Shown in pieces: positions 5,602-14,009 of a DNA stretch of 64,000 nt. The stretch comes from a bacterium (GTDB lineage: Bacteria; Patescibacteriota; Saccharimonadia; Saccharimonadales; AWTP1-31), in NCBI GenBank assembly GCA_030426125.1, contig JAUHZB010000002.1, positions 67,633-131,632 of the forward strand. Direction: 5' to 3'. Under the pieces are notes generated by a model that saw nothing but the letters and a program-made list of their open reading frames with translations, was not told the DNA's origin and did no database searches. A program made the translations under genes and the position numbers. Every line of letters starts with the position of its first letter. The stretch's first letter is position 1.

Positions 5602-7929
5602 CTAATTTATTTGCTGAAGTTTGAACTGGGTATATTTTTCAGCTGCAAGTCTGGTTAGTTCGGCGTCTTCGGAGGTGTTAACAAAACGCATCGCTTCAGC
5701 CAGCATTGGGTGTTGCTCGGCCAGCTTTTGATGCATCTGCATTACGAGTTTACGGTATCCGGGGTGGCCTTGAGGGCTAGTTCTTAGTTCATGCAGATGG
5801 AATGCTTCACGGGCATTGTAGGTTATCTTCCAGCGCATTTTATGCCCAAGTAAAGTAGCGTACTGTGCTTCGATCTCGTATCCAGCACTTATTAACTGGC
5901 TATGCAGGTTGAGGCTTAGGTCGAAGCAATCTTGGAATAGTTCTTCTAGTCCAGCTTCCTCTACTAGTTCTGGAACTTCATAACCATAGCGAGGGGTCAA
6001 TGCTTGCCACTCTAGATCATCAACCATTCTGTGTCGTTGTAGGTCTCTAAATATTCCGTAGTCGCACATTAGATCCCAGCTATAGTGAGCTTTTTCTAAA
6101 GCTCGACCCGGTTTGTGACGACGATTTAATCTTTCACCCATGTATTTATTAAATACTTCAGTTTTTTGCTTATAGCTCCATTTACTTACTTCCTGCTCTA
6201 TTTCAGCTAATGAAAGATGGCTGTGTTCATAGAGCATGTCCGGTAGTAGGTCTAGCTCGTTCTTTGGCCAGCAATCACTTAAGACCACTGCTTCATCCTG
6301 TTGACCATAATTTGGAGGTAGGTATTTATCGGCAACCTCTTGCATAGCCGAGTGGGTGTTGGCTCGGTAAGCAATTATGGCTCCGCCACGATCTGGTCGG
6401 TCGGCTCGCTCTAGGAAGGTTGGAATAATCTTCCGGGCTTCTTGCAGTAGTCGGTCTCCAGTCTGGACTGCTTCTGGTAGCTTATCGCTTTGCAGGTGCA
6501 TAATTAAACTTTCTAGAGCTTGACCTGAGGCGTAGATACCAACTGTAGCTTTAGTGGCTACCGGCAACACTGGCCTGATAGCATCACAGGCTTGGGCTCT
6601 AGTGGCACCTTTCCAAGCGATATCTTGCTCTTCTTTTGGGGTGCTAGAGTTACTTCGTACATAGTCGGTTAATTTTCTAACCATTTCAGAGTATTTGTCG
6701 AAAATGGTGTCCATTGTTTTAACGTAGCTTTGCTTAATGTCTTCGCTGAAGTGATCCGGCACTAGGTATTTATATTTGCCATCTTTATCTTTCTGATCAA
6801 AGTAGATATAGCGAGTCGATTGTTCTAGGTAAGCTGCTAATCTTCCCCACTCTAGTTTCTTGGTTAGTAGGTTAGATGCATTTTCAACTACCAGGTGGAT
6901 ACCAACTAATTGTTGAACGGAATCATCGCCGTAAGCAGTAATTACTCTTTGCAGTAGCTTTTCATCCTTAGAGGTTTTTCCGGCGAATTCATCAAGCAGG
7001 GTTATACGCATATCGTCACCACGACGACTTAGTCTAGCCATGGCGGCGGCTATCATGGTGGTGCTTAGATTGTCAGTGAAAGCATAGACATTGTCTTGAT
7101 TATTGGTCACAGATTTGTTTAAGAATTGCTCACCGGCAGTGGTAATAGTGTATTCACCAGTGCTGGCTTTTAGTAGTAACGGTCCTTGGTTATCTTCTGC
7201 TATTTTCGACTTTTCTTTAGTTGGTAGTATTGGCAAAACAGTCTCCCATAGTAAGTTATTAATTGTTTCAATATCTAATAATTCTCCGCCTCGTACGCAA
7301 TCGATTTGCTGGAAGTCTTCGGGGAACATGCTACATAGATCATCATATACCTGTACAGACTTAGTTAGGTGGTTAAGATCAGCTTCGTGGATGTCACGTT
7401 TTTTATCGGTGTAATCACGTTTTTCTTTTTGATCAACCAGCTTTTGGGCTGTTTCAGCCGGTACTCGAAGCACAATATTGCGATCTGGCCTAGGGATCTT
7501 TAGCATTTCAAACTCAAGGTTATCTAGCCAAATAAAGTAGCCTTTTCTTTCCTGCTGGTTATTGAACTTAGTTCCTTGATGAGCCATGTTACTGCCAGTA
7601 AAGCGATTGGCCAAAACAATATGGCCTTTATCCAGTGCGGCTCGTATTTCGGGCGCTGCTTGGTAGCGATCTAAGGCATAGAACAAAGAGCCGGTGTAGG
7701 GTCCGACCTCTTCAGCGGTGCCGTATTTAGCATTTAAATACTCCCGGACAAAGAAACTAGATTCGTTTTGGTACTGTGGGAAGTCAAAAACAGACACTGG
7801 AAAGCCATTATCCTCCAAGCGTTTTTTTAGCAGTTTAAACTGAGTGCCCTTTCCGGAACCATCAGTTCCTTCAATAACTATGAACACTCCGTTGTCTTTG
7901 TTGTCGTTGGTTTGACTATTTTGCTTCAT
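5602..7929 (-). CDS. fusion protein: dTMP kinase (N-terminal) + tandem-repeat flavin-dependent thymidylate synthase ThyX-like (C-terminal)
   Basis: 775 aa. Residues about 1-230 look like thymidylate kinase (P-loop FIVIEGTDGSGKGTQ). The rest holds two ThyX-like halves (..ARLSRRG...EQSTRY.. and ..FRDLQRHRMV...LTPRYGY..), matching ThyX RHR and S-x-RY type motifs. Confidence 0.75.
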   Translation of the reverse strand: MKQNSQTNDNKDNGVFIVIEGTDGSGKGTQFKLLKKRLEDNGFPVSVFDFPQYQNESSFFVREYLNAKYGTAEEVGPYTGSLFYALDRYQAAPEIRAALDKGHIVLANRFTGSNMAHQGTKFNNQQERKGYFIWLDNLEFEMLKIPRPDRNIVLRVPAETAQKLVDQKEKRDYTDKKRDIHEADLNHLTKSVQVYDDLCSMFPEDFQQIDCVRGGELLDIETINNLLWETVLPILPTKEKSKIAEDNQGPLLLKASTGEYTITTAGEQFLNKSVTNNQDNVYAFTDNLSTTMIAAAMARLSRRGDDMRITLLDEFAGKTSKDEKLLQRVITAYGDDSVQQLVGIHLVVENASNLLTKKLEWGRLAAYLEQSTRYIYFDQKDKDGKYKYLVPDHFSEDIKQSYVKTMDTIFDKYSEMVRKLTDYVRSNSSTPKEEQDIAWKGATRAQACDAIRPVLPVATKATVGIYASGQALESLIMHLQSDKLPEAVQTGDRLLQEARKIIPTFLERADRPDRGGAIIAYRANTHSAMQEVADKYLPPNYGQQDEAVVLSDCWPKNELDLLPDMLYEHSHLSLAEIEQEVSKWSYKQKTEVFNKYMGERLNRRHKPGRALEKAHYSWDLMCDYGIFRDLQRHRMVDDLEWQALTPRYGYEVPELVEEAGLEELFQDCFDLSLNLHSQLISAGYEIEAQYATLLGHKMRWKITYNAREAFHLHELRTSPQGHPGYRKLVMQMHQKLAEQHPMLAEAMRFVNTSEDAELTRLAAEKYTQFKLQQIN

Positions 7930-7970
7930 TGATTAACCTTTCCCCACCGGTTGTTGCTGGTGAGTTTGGA

Positions 7971-8684
7971 TTAATCACCTCGGAGTCCTTTAATTTTTGT
8001 TGGTTTGGAGCGTTTGTCTAGGTAGGCTTTAGGTAGCATTAATTCCGGCTTCCAGTTCTTTATAAGGTCTTTTAGTTCTGTACCGGATTGGTATTTTCCG
8101 CTAAATCCGCTGTCTCTTCCCTGACCATAGCTACCTTCAACTTCGCCTGTTTCATAAAAAACAGCTTGAGCGATTCGCTCACCAACTGGTAACAGCACTG
8201 TTTTGTGTTGGTTTAGGTTGAAGACTTCCAGGGTAAGTCGGTTAATATAGCCAGGGTCTATCCAGCCAGCGTCAAAGCAAACTGCGATTCCATTTCTTCC
8301 CCAACTGGAGCGTGATTTAATTTCGCAGGCTCCGGGAGGCAGAATGCCAAAGAACTCATGAGTATGAGCTAGTATTCTTTCTCCAGGACGCAAAGGAATG
8401 ACCGGATGGTCACCAGGTATCCCTTTGAGAAGTTTATGGCCATTGTTGTCGCACCACTCTTTGTGGGTGACGGCCTTGTGCGGTCCATCGAAGTATTTGT
8501 TGACCGATGCTTCATCAAAAGGGTTGTAGATGGTGTTTTCTCCCACCCTATCAGTACGGTAGTAATAGTAGCCAAGAGTGACGTCCAGGCTGGCCTGACT
8601 TACTTGTTTAGCATTAAATGGTTCACAGATAATATGGCCATCTTTTAAGGCCTGACGAATCTGGATATTGCTGTATACTCCCAA
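7971..8684 (-). CDS. dcd: dCTP deaminase family protein (possibly bifunctional dCTP deaminase/dUTPase)
   Basis: ORF track gives 7971..8714. I prefer TTG 8682-8684 because GGAGGGAG lies 6 nt upstream. Family motifs: IICEPF..., ASLDVTLG, AGWIDPGYINRLTLEVFN. Confidence 0.75.
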   Translation of the reverse strand: MGVYSNIQIRQALKDGHIICEPFNAKQVSQASLDVTLGYYYYRTDRVGENTIYNPFDEASVNKYFDGPHKAVTHKEWCDNNGHKLLKGIPGDHPVIPLRPGERILAHTHEFFGILPPGACEIKSRSSWGRNGIAVCFDAGWIDPGYINRLTLEVFNLNQHKTVLLPVGERIAQAVFYETGEVEGSYGQGRDSGFSGKYQSGTELKDLIKNWKPELMLPKAYLDKRSKPTKIKGLRGD

Positions 8685-8799
8685 AACTGACTCCCTCCGT
8701 AATCTTCCATACATTGTACGAAGTTTTAGCGTTTAGGACAAACAAAATGGCTAATATTACATCACATTTTATGCCTAAAGAATCAGTGTAGTGATCTGC

Positions 8800-9741
8800 T
8801 TAGTTTAAGTCAGAAAGTACGACTTTTACGCTAGGTCCCATAGAGCTGCTTAAGTACATAGACTTAAAATAGTTGCCCTTGATGCCAGTAGGCTTACTGG
8901 TCTTAATGCTTGAGAGAACGGTGTCAATATTTTGTTTTAGCTTGTCATCTTCAAAGCTAACTTTTCCAACTCCGAGGTGCACTATTCCGGTGCTATCCAC
9001 TCTAAACTCAACTTTACCAGCCTTAGATTCCTTGATTGCTTTAGCTACGTTGGCAGTAACCGTACCGCTTTTTGGGTTTGGCATTAGACCGCGTGGTCCA
9101 AGAACTCGAGCGTGCTTACCTAGTTTGGCCATTAGCATTGGAGTGGCAACTAGAACGTCAAAATCTAGGTTGCCTTTAGCGATCTTATTCTCAATTTCTT
9201 CAGTTCCAACTATGTCAGCTCCAGCTTTTTTGGCTTTCTCGACATCGTCACCGTCAACGTAAGCTGCAATAGTTAGAGTTTTTCCAGTACCAGCTGGAAG
9301 CGTTACGTTACCGCGAATGTTCTGATCTGCTTGGCGCGGATCGACGTTAAGGCGGACGTGTAGTTCGACAGTAGCATCGAATTTAGCAGGATTGGTTTTC
9401 TTAGTTAGGGCTATAGCTTCCACTAAGCTGTATTCTTTACTAGAATCAATATTTTCAGCAGATTTGCGGTATTTTTTGCCACGTCGTTCTAATAGACTTC
9501 GAGTCTTTGGCGCTGGTTTGGCCTTCTTGGCGGCTTCATCTTTGTCAGCTTCTTTGCTTTGAGCTTTACGCTCTTCTTTAGCTTCTTTTTCGGCTTGTTC
9601 TTTTAGGGCCTTAGCGCTACGCTTTCCGGCTTTAGCAGTTGCTTCTTTAGCGACTTCAGGTTTATCTGTGGAAGCGTCTGAAGATTTTACTGTCGCTTCT
9701 GCTTCGGTATTATCTAATTTAGTTTTCTTATCTTCTGCCAT
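8800..9741 (-). CDS. rplA: 50S ribosomal protein L1 with ~85-aa Lys/Ala/Glu-rich N-terminal extension
   Basis: 313 aa. The L1 core starts near [19 protein letters not shown] Shine-Dalgarno site before ATG 9741 supports the extension. Follows rplK. Confidence 0.9.
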   Translation of the reverse strand: MAEDKKTKLDNTEAEATVKSSDASTDKPEVAKEATAKAGKRSAKALKEQAEKEAKEERKAQSKEADKDEAAKKAKPAPKTRSLLERRGKKYRKSAENIDSSKEYSLVEAIALTKKTNPAKFDATVELHVRLNVDPRQADQNIRGNVTLPAGTGKTLTIAAYVDGDDVEKAKKAGADIVGTEEIENKIAKGNLDFDVLVATPMLMAKLGKHARVLGPRGLMPNPKSGTVTANVAKAIKESKAGKVEFRVDSTGIVHLGVGKVSFEDDKLKQNIDTVLSSIKTSKPTGIKGNYFKSMYLSSSMGPSVKVVLSDLN

Positions 9742-9807
9742 TGTATTCCTTTCGTGGTGCTAGCGAGTTTCCTCTTCCACAAATTAAGTATTACTATTTG
9801 TTGTTAA

Positions 9808-10239
9808 TTACTGCTCAATCTCAACACCCATACTTCGGGCTGTTCCTGCTACCATCTTCTTAACAGCGTCAACATCGTCAGTGTTCATATCATTAGCTTT
9901 AGTCTCAGCTATTTCAGTTAAAGCTGAATCAGATAGTTTCTTACTGATCTTTTCACTGTTAGGCTTACCAGATCCTTTTTGGATTCCAAGCTTAGCTCGA
10001 ATTAGATCATCCGTTGGGGCACCAACTACTCTAAAGTCCATAGAACGATCGTCATAGATTGTAATATGGGCGGTTACTGTAGCACCTTGCATGTCTTTTG
10101 TAGCGTCATTGAATGGATTAATGAAATCCATCATGTTTACACCGTATTGACCAAGGGTGCTACCAACTGGTGGTGCTGCACTAGCTCTTCCAGCTGGAAT
10201 TTTCATCTTTAAATTTGCTTTTACTTTCTTTTCTGCCAT
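9808..10239 (-). CDS. rplK: 50S ribosomal protein L11
   Basis: 143 aa. KMKIPAGRASAAPPVGSTLGQYGVNMMDF is the L11 N-terminal signature. Confidence 0.95.
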   Translation of the reverse strand: MAEKKVKANLKMKIPAGRASAAPPVGSTLGQYGVNMMDFINPFNDATKDMQGATVTAHITIYDDRSMDFRVVGAPTDDLIRAKLGIQKGSGKPNSEKISKKLSDSALTEIAETKANDMNTDDVDAVKKMVAGTARSMGVEIEQ

Positions 10240-10335
10240 TTGTTCTCCACTACTTTTGTTATTAACGGATGAAGCTGGCCATTAATAACTAATATTTATG
10301 ATTGCGCCTGCATTAGCAGCGCTTGTAACTTGGAT

Positions 10336-10365
10336 ATTATACTATAAAGCTACACTTGTTGTCTA
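10336..10365 (-). promoter_or_regulatory. candidate promoter of rplK-rplA
   Basis: Minus strand TAGACA (10360-10365), 18 nt, TATAAT (10336-10341). About 95-nt leader with a GCGCTGC..GCAGGCGC hairpin (a possible L1-binding leader, by position only). Confidence 0.45.
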
Positions 10366-10408
10366 GAAATAGTCTAGGAATAGACAACAAATTTTAAAAG
10401 GAGTATTG

Positions 10409-10954
10409 TTAAACTCTTTTAACTTGCAGACTGTCGAGTTCTACGGGTGTTTCTCGGCCAAACATGTTTACTAGTACTTTTAGCTTACCTTTAGCAGAGT
10501 CAATTTCATTGATAGTTCCATCAAAACTCTTGAAAGGTCCGTCGGTAATGTTGACGACATCGCCAACTTTGTAGTCAATTTTGTGTTTAGGTTGCTCTAG
10601 GCCCATTCGCTTGTTGATTTTTTCCATCTCTTCGTCAGCGATTGGTGTTGGATCTGTACCGGTACCCACAAAGCCAGTAACTCCTGGAGTGTTTCGGACA
10701 ATATACCAAGCATCTTCGCTAAGCTTCATTTGAACAATAACGTAACCTTGGAAAATTCGCTTTTCAACTACTTTACGTTTACCGTTCTTAATTTCGATCA
10801 TCTTTTCTTTAGGAACTAAGATCTGATTGATCTTATCCTTCATATCTAAACTTTCAGCTCTTTGCCGAATGCTTTCCGCTACTTTTTCTTCATAGCCACT
10901 GTAGGTATGGATGGCATACCATTGTTTAGTTGTGTTATATCTTTTCTTCATCAT
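10409..10954 (-). CDS. nusG: transcription termination/antitermination factor NusG
   Basis: 181 aa. N-terminal domain KQWYAIHTYSGYEEKV and KOW motif GDVVNITDGPFKSFDGTINEID. Follows secE. Confidence 0.95.
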   Translation of the reverse strand: MMKKRYNTTKQWYAIHTYSGYEEKVAESIRQRAESLDMKDKINQILVPKEKMIEIKNGKRKVVEKRIFQGYVIVQMKLSEDAWYIVRNTPGVTGFVGTGTDPTPIADEEMEKINKRMGLEQPKHKIDYKVGDVVNITDGPFKSFDGTINEIDSAKGKLKVLVNMFGRETPVELDSLQVKRV

Positions 10955-10964
10955 CTCTCCTTAG

Positions 10965-11399
10965 CTACTCAACTAGTACTGCTCTAAATATTTTATCTAA
11001 TCCATAATCTGCCACCGTGATTAAAGCTCCGAAAATAAAGGCAAACATGAATACCGCGAAGGTTAATTGCCAGGTCTGCTTACGGTTAGGCCAAGTAACT
11101 AGCTTTAGCTCTTGCCATGATTCTATGAAGTATCTGGGCATTAAACTACGACGTTTGTTTAAGAACCGGCCAAATTTGTTGTCTGGCAGTGGCAGATAGA
11201 TTTCTTTTTTGCCGATTCTAACTAGATTGCTAAAAAATGCACTAATCTTACTTCGTAGCTTACCGAATAACGTAGATTTTCCGGCCTTAGTAGCTGCTTT
11301 GCTATTTCGCTCCCGAACAGTTTCAACTTTTCGAACCCGTCTTTTTTTAGTCGGGTTGCCCTTTTTTGCAGAGCTAGGTTTCTGTGTCTTGTCAGCCAA
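10965..11399 (-). CDS. secE: preprotein translocase subunit SecE with long basic N-terminal extension
   Basis: 144 aa. TTG start with GAGGAA 5 nt upstream. C-terminal ELKLVTWPNRKQT plus a single TM helix typical of SecE. Synteny secE-nusG. Confidence 0.8.
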   Translation of the reverse strand: MADKTQKPSSAKKGNPTKKRRVRKVETVRERNSKAATKAGKSTLFGKLRSKISAFFSNLVRIGKKEIYLPLPDNKFGRFLNKRRSLMPRYFIESWQELKLVTWPNRKQTWQLTFAVFMFAFIFGALITVADYGLDKIFRAVLVE

Positions 11400-11417
11400 T
11401 TTATTTCCTCACAAATT

Positions 11418-11443
11418 AAAAAAGAACTGATAATCTTCAGTTC
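11418..11443 (-). terminator. intrinsic-terminator-like hairpin inside the secE-nusG leader
   Basis: Minus strand GAACTGA-agatta-TCAGTTC followed by TTTTTT. It ends about 18 nt before the secE TTG, with only about 8 nt left before the Shine-Dalgarno site, leaving no room for a promoter. Confidence 0.6.
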
Positions 11444-11453
11444 CGTCAAGTCA

Positions 11454-11483
11454 ACTTTACCAGAGAATTGCTGTAATTGTCAA
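11454..11483 (-). promoter_or_regulatory. candidate promoter upstream of the secE leader hairpin
   Basis: Minus strand TTGACA (11478-11483), 18 nt, TAAAGT (11454-11459). Confidence 0.4.
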
Positions 11484-11490
11484 TCTATTT

Positions 11491-12186
11491 CTAGAAACTA
11501 GGTTGAAATTGTCGAATCTGACGTCTTAGTTGTTTGGCATCAGGTAATACAGCTTCGAAGACTGCCCAGAAATCCTTACCGTGATCCATAGCTTTGGTGT
11601 GCGACAACTCGTGAAGAATTACGTAATCTATTAGCTCCCACGGCAGAAGCATAAGGTATAGATTTAGAGTAATCTCTTTTTTTGAATTACAGCTACCCCA
11701 GCGTGCTTTTAGGTTGCGAATAGCGATGCTTTTGACCTCAAATTGGTGTTGGGCAGCTAGATCACGCAAGCGGTCTGGCAATACATCTTCAGCTTGTAGG
11801 CGAAGGGCCTTAACAGCCAGTGACCTGGCTTTGTCCTGAACCTCAGGTGAGCTTGCGCTAAGTCTGGCAGGATGTTTCAGATTTAGCTGATTGTCTTTTA
11901 TTCTACTGCTGATATTAGATACTTCCTTAGAAGCAATTAATCTTAGTTGGTGACTTTTTCCTATTAGCTGATTGTCCTTAAATAGTGTTTGTTCTTTTTT
12001 GTTTTTAGCGATCCAGTTTCGTTTGCTGATAACGAATTTAACTATCATGGGCATTGGTACCCATTTGGGAGACGTTACTCTGATTTCACCATTAGCGGCT
12101 AGAGAAATGCGAATTGCTTTGGAGCTAGCTCGTTTTGTTAACTTTACGTTTCCGACTTCTGGGATCTGGATGATTCGACTGGCCAT
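11491..12186 (-). CDS. DUF45/YgjP-type HExxH metallopeptidase-fold protein
   Basis: 231 aa. WGSCNSKKEITLNLYLMLLPWELIDYVILHELSHT matches the DUF45 (M48-like) pattern. Confidence 0.7.
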   Translation of the reverse strand: MASRIIQIPEVGNVKLTKRASSKAIRISLAANGEIRVTSPKWVPMPMIVKFVISKRNWIAKNKKEQTLFKDNQLIGKSHQLRLIASKEVSNISSRIKDNQLNLKHPARLSASSPEVQDKARSLAVKALRLQAEDVLPDRLRDLAAQHQFEVKSIAIRNLKARWGSCNSKKEITLNLYLMLLPWELIDYVILHELSHTKAMDHGKDFWAVFEAVLPDAKQLRRQIRQFQPSF

Positions 12187-12205
12187 TATTCAGGGTATTT
12201 TTCAA

Positions 12206-12868
12206 TTAGCGGATATAGATGTCTCGCCTGGATTCATCAACCCGTCCGTTTTTTAGCTGGTTTGGTATTAAGTTAACTAACCCTGGCTTCACAACACTTG
12301 AAGCGGCACTAAGACGATTAATTATTCCTAGGTCCAGTAGTTTTTTAATAACTGCATTGGTTTGCATTTTGCTGGTATGTTTTCCGCTAATTACGATATA
12401 GTCTTCGTCTTTAGGGTTTTGCATTTTATGAATATATTCTTTGAAAGACTTTTCGCTGTAATCTTTGGCGTATTTATCGTCAGATTTTCGTTTATCACGT
12501 CGGTTTAGGCGAGCTTGGGCGCTGGCTGAATCGATTTGTAGCCAGACCAGAATAGATTCTGCTTTAGCGCTACTAGCAACGTTTCTTAGCTCACGGCGTT
12601 GAGCTAGACGAGCTGCATTGGTGTCATAGATCACGCTCATTCCAGCATTTAGGAATTCCTCAGCCATGTAGATCATTAGATGATCGATTAACTCATCTTC
12701 TTGCTTGTCATATTGTGGCTTCTCAAATAGTTCACCGCGTAGTTTATCGGCTTGCAGATGGGCAGCGCCAAGAGTTTTACTAAGCTGTCGAGCGAAGTAA
12801 GACTTACCCGCTCCAGGATAGCCGTACAATAGCATTAACACCGGCTTGGTGGTGGTGATTTTACTCAT
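12206..12868 (-). CDS. P-loop kinase-fold protein (AAA_33/zeta-toxin-like), function unknown
   Basis: ORF track gives 12206..12889. ATG 12866-12868 (MSKITTTKPVLMLLYGYPGAGKSYFARQL, Walker A) chosen as the first ATG. Confidence 0.6.
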   Translation of the reverse strand: MSKITTTKPVLMLLYGYPGAGKSYFARQLSKTLGAAHLQADKLRGELFEKPQYDKQEDELIDHLMIYMAEEFLNAGMSVIYDTNAARLAQRRELRNVASSAKAESILVWLQIDSASAQARLNRRDKRKSDDKYAKDYSEKSFKEYIHKMQNPKDEDYIVISGKHTSKMQTNAVIKKLLDLGIINRLSAASSVVKPGLVNLIPNQLKNGRVDESRRDIYIR

Positions 12869-12948
12869 AGTAGGTATATTGTATAGCAAACCTGTTACAA
12901 TCTAAAGAGGTAAACTTAGTTTTTACAACTGTTAACTCAAGCAATTAC

Positions 12949-12957
12949 TGGTATAAT
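12949..12957 (+). promoter_or_regulatory. extended -10 promoter of tRNA-Trp
   Basis: TGgTATAAT, 16 nt upstream of the mature tRNA 5' end. Confidence 0.55.
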
Positions 12958-12973
12958 TAGGTAGTTCTTTTAT

Positions 12974-13048
12974 AGGGGTATAGTACAACGGCTAGTATAA
13001 AGGTCTCCAAAACCTTAGATCGTGGTTCGATTCCACGTACCCCTGCCA
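12974..13048 (+). tRNA. tRNA-Trp (anticodon CCA), CCA-3' encoded
   Basis: Cloverleaf read by eye: acceptor AGGGGTA/TACCCCT, anticodon arm AAGGT-CTCCAAA-ACCTT, T arm CGTGG-TTCGATT-CCACG. Confidence 0.93.
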
Positions 13049-13092
13049 ATTATTCTATGCTTATCTGAATTTGTAATCTTGCTTTATATATT

Positions 13093-13130
13093 AAATCACC
13101 AGAAGACAGTGAGGAGCTTGCTGGTGATTT
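13093..13130. terminator. hairpin between convergent tRNA-Trp and the Rpf-like gene (possible bidirectional terminator)
   Basis: AAATCACCAG...CTGGTGATTT 10-bp inverted repeat with an 18-nt loop. A/T-rich flanks on both sides. Confidence 0.45.
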
Positions 13131-13165
13131 ATCCTTTGATAGTTTAGTTTTCTTTATCTTACGAC

Positions 13166-13828
13166 TTAGCGCAGACCTAGCATGCTAGAACAGGCTGGCC
13201 ATTGTCCCCAGCCACTTCGGGCCTGAAGAATTTGAGCTCGTTTTATTTGTTCAGCTTTACTGTGTTGGTGCGGTAAACCAGTTCCACCAACTGCACGCCA
13301 GGTTGCGGCACTAAACTGCACACCACCGTAGTAACCATTGCCAGTATTTATTGACCAGTTTCCACCTGATTCACAACTAGCTAGTCGATCCCATACACTA
13401 CCACTAACCGCGTTACTACTAACAGCTGGCGCTGGGGTTGGCGTAGTTGCTGGAGCTTGATAGCTTTGCTGACTGCTACTTGAAGTCGATTGAACTCTTG
13501 TCTGTGGCTTTGGCGCTTGGTTGCTTGGAATAGCTCGTTTCTTTAGCTTTTCGGATTTGCTAGGAATCCGTAATTTATCTCCTGGGTGAATAATGTCAGG
13601 ATCAGCGATTGATTTGTTAGCGTAGAAAATTCGCTGGTAAGTTGTTTTTTTCTTGTTAGCAATTTTAGATAAGCTATCGCCTGGTTGCACTTCAACCACT
13701 ACTTTAGCTGGTTTTTTATTAGTTTTGGTTTGCTCAGCAGCTTCTACTGCTTTGGTGCTTGGTCCACCGAAAAATAGGCCGACAGCCAGAGCAAAGCTCG
13801 CTAAAAAAGCGATTTTTTTGATTGACAT
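13166..13828 (-). CDS. secreted LysM-domain protein with C-terminal Rpf-type (resuscitation-promoting-factor-like) transglycosylase domain
   Basis: 220 aa. Signal peptide MSIKKIAFLASFALAVGLFF. LysM (VQPGDSLSKIA...IHPGDKLRIP). Rpf signature WDRLASCESGGNWSINTGNGYYGGVQFSAATW. Strong Shine-Dalgarno site GGAGGAG. Confidence 0.8.
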   Translation of the reverse strand: MSIKKIAFLASFALAVGLFFGGPSTKAVEAAEQTKTNKKPAKVVVEVQPGDSLSKIANKKKTTYQRIFYANKSIADPDIIHPGDKLRIPSKSEKLKKRAIPSNQAPKPQTRVQSTSSSSQQSYQAPATTPTPAPAVSSNAVSGSVWDRLASCESGGNWSINTGNGYYGGVQFSAATWRAVGGTGLPHQHSKAEQIKRAQILQARSGWGQWPACSSMLGLR

Positions 13829-13937
13829 AAATATACTCCTCCTTTTGTCCCAAAGTGCCCTGCATGATATTAATATTGTTTATTGGCAGGTTGGGATTTG
13901 CTCCACTTTTTCCTCACAAAAAAATGGCACAAGGACT

Positions 13938-13965
13938 ATCTTACATGCTGGTATTTATATGTCAA
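13938..13965 (-). promoter_or_regulatory. candidate promoter of the Rpf-like gene
   Basis: Minus strand TTGACA (13960-13965), 16 nt, TAAGAT (13938-13943). About 100-nt leader. Confidence 0.5.
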
Positions 13966-14009
13966 ACCTAACAGATTACAAAAAATGTTGTAATTTTAAT
14001 TGGTCGTGC

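Noticed and set aside
13829-13937. c-di-AMP (ydaO) riboswitch upstream of the Rpf-like gene.
   Set aside because: The leader is only ~100 nt and lacks the conserved ydaO core strings as I remember them (GGGGACCCA, CAGCUAACCUCGUAAGC-like). The idea rests on association by analogy only.
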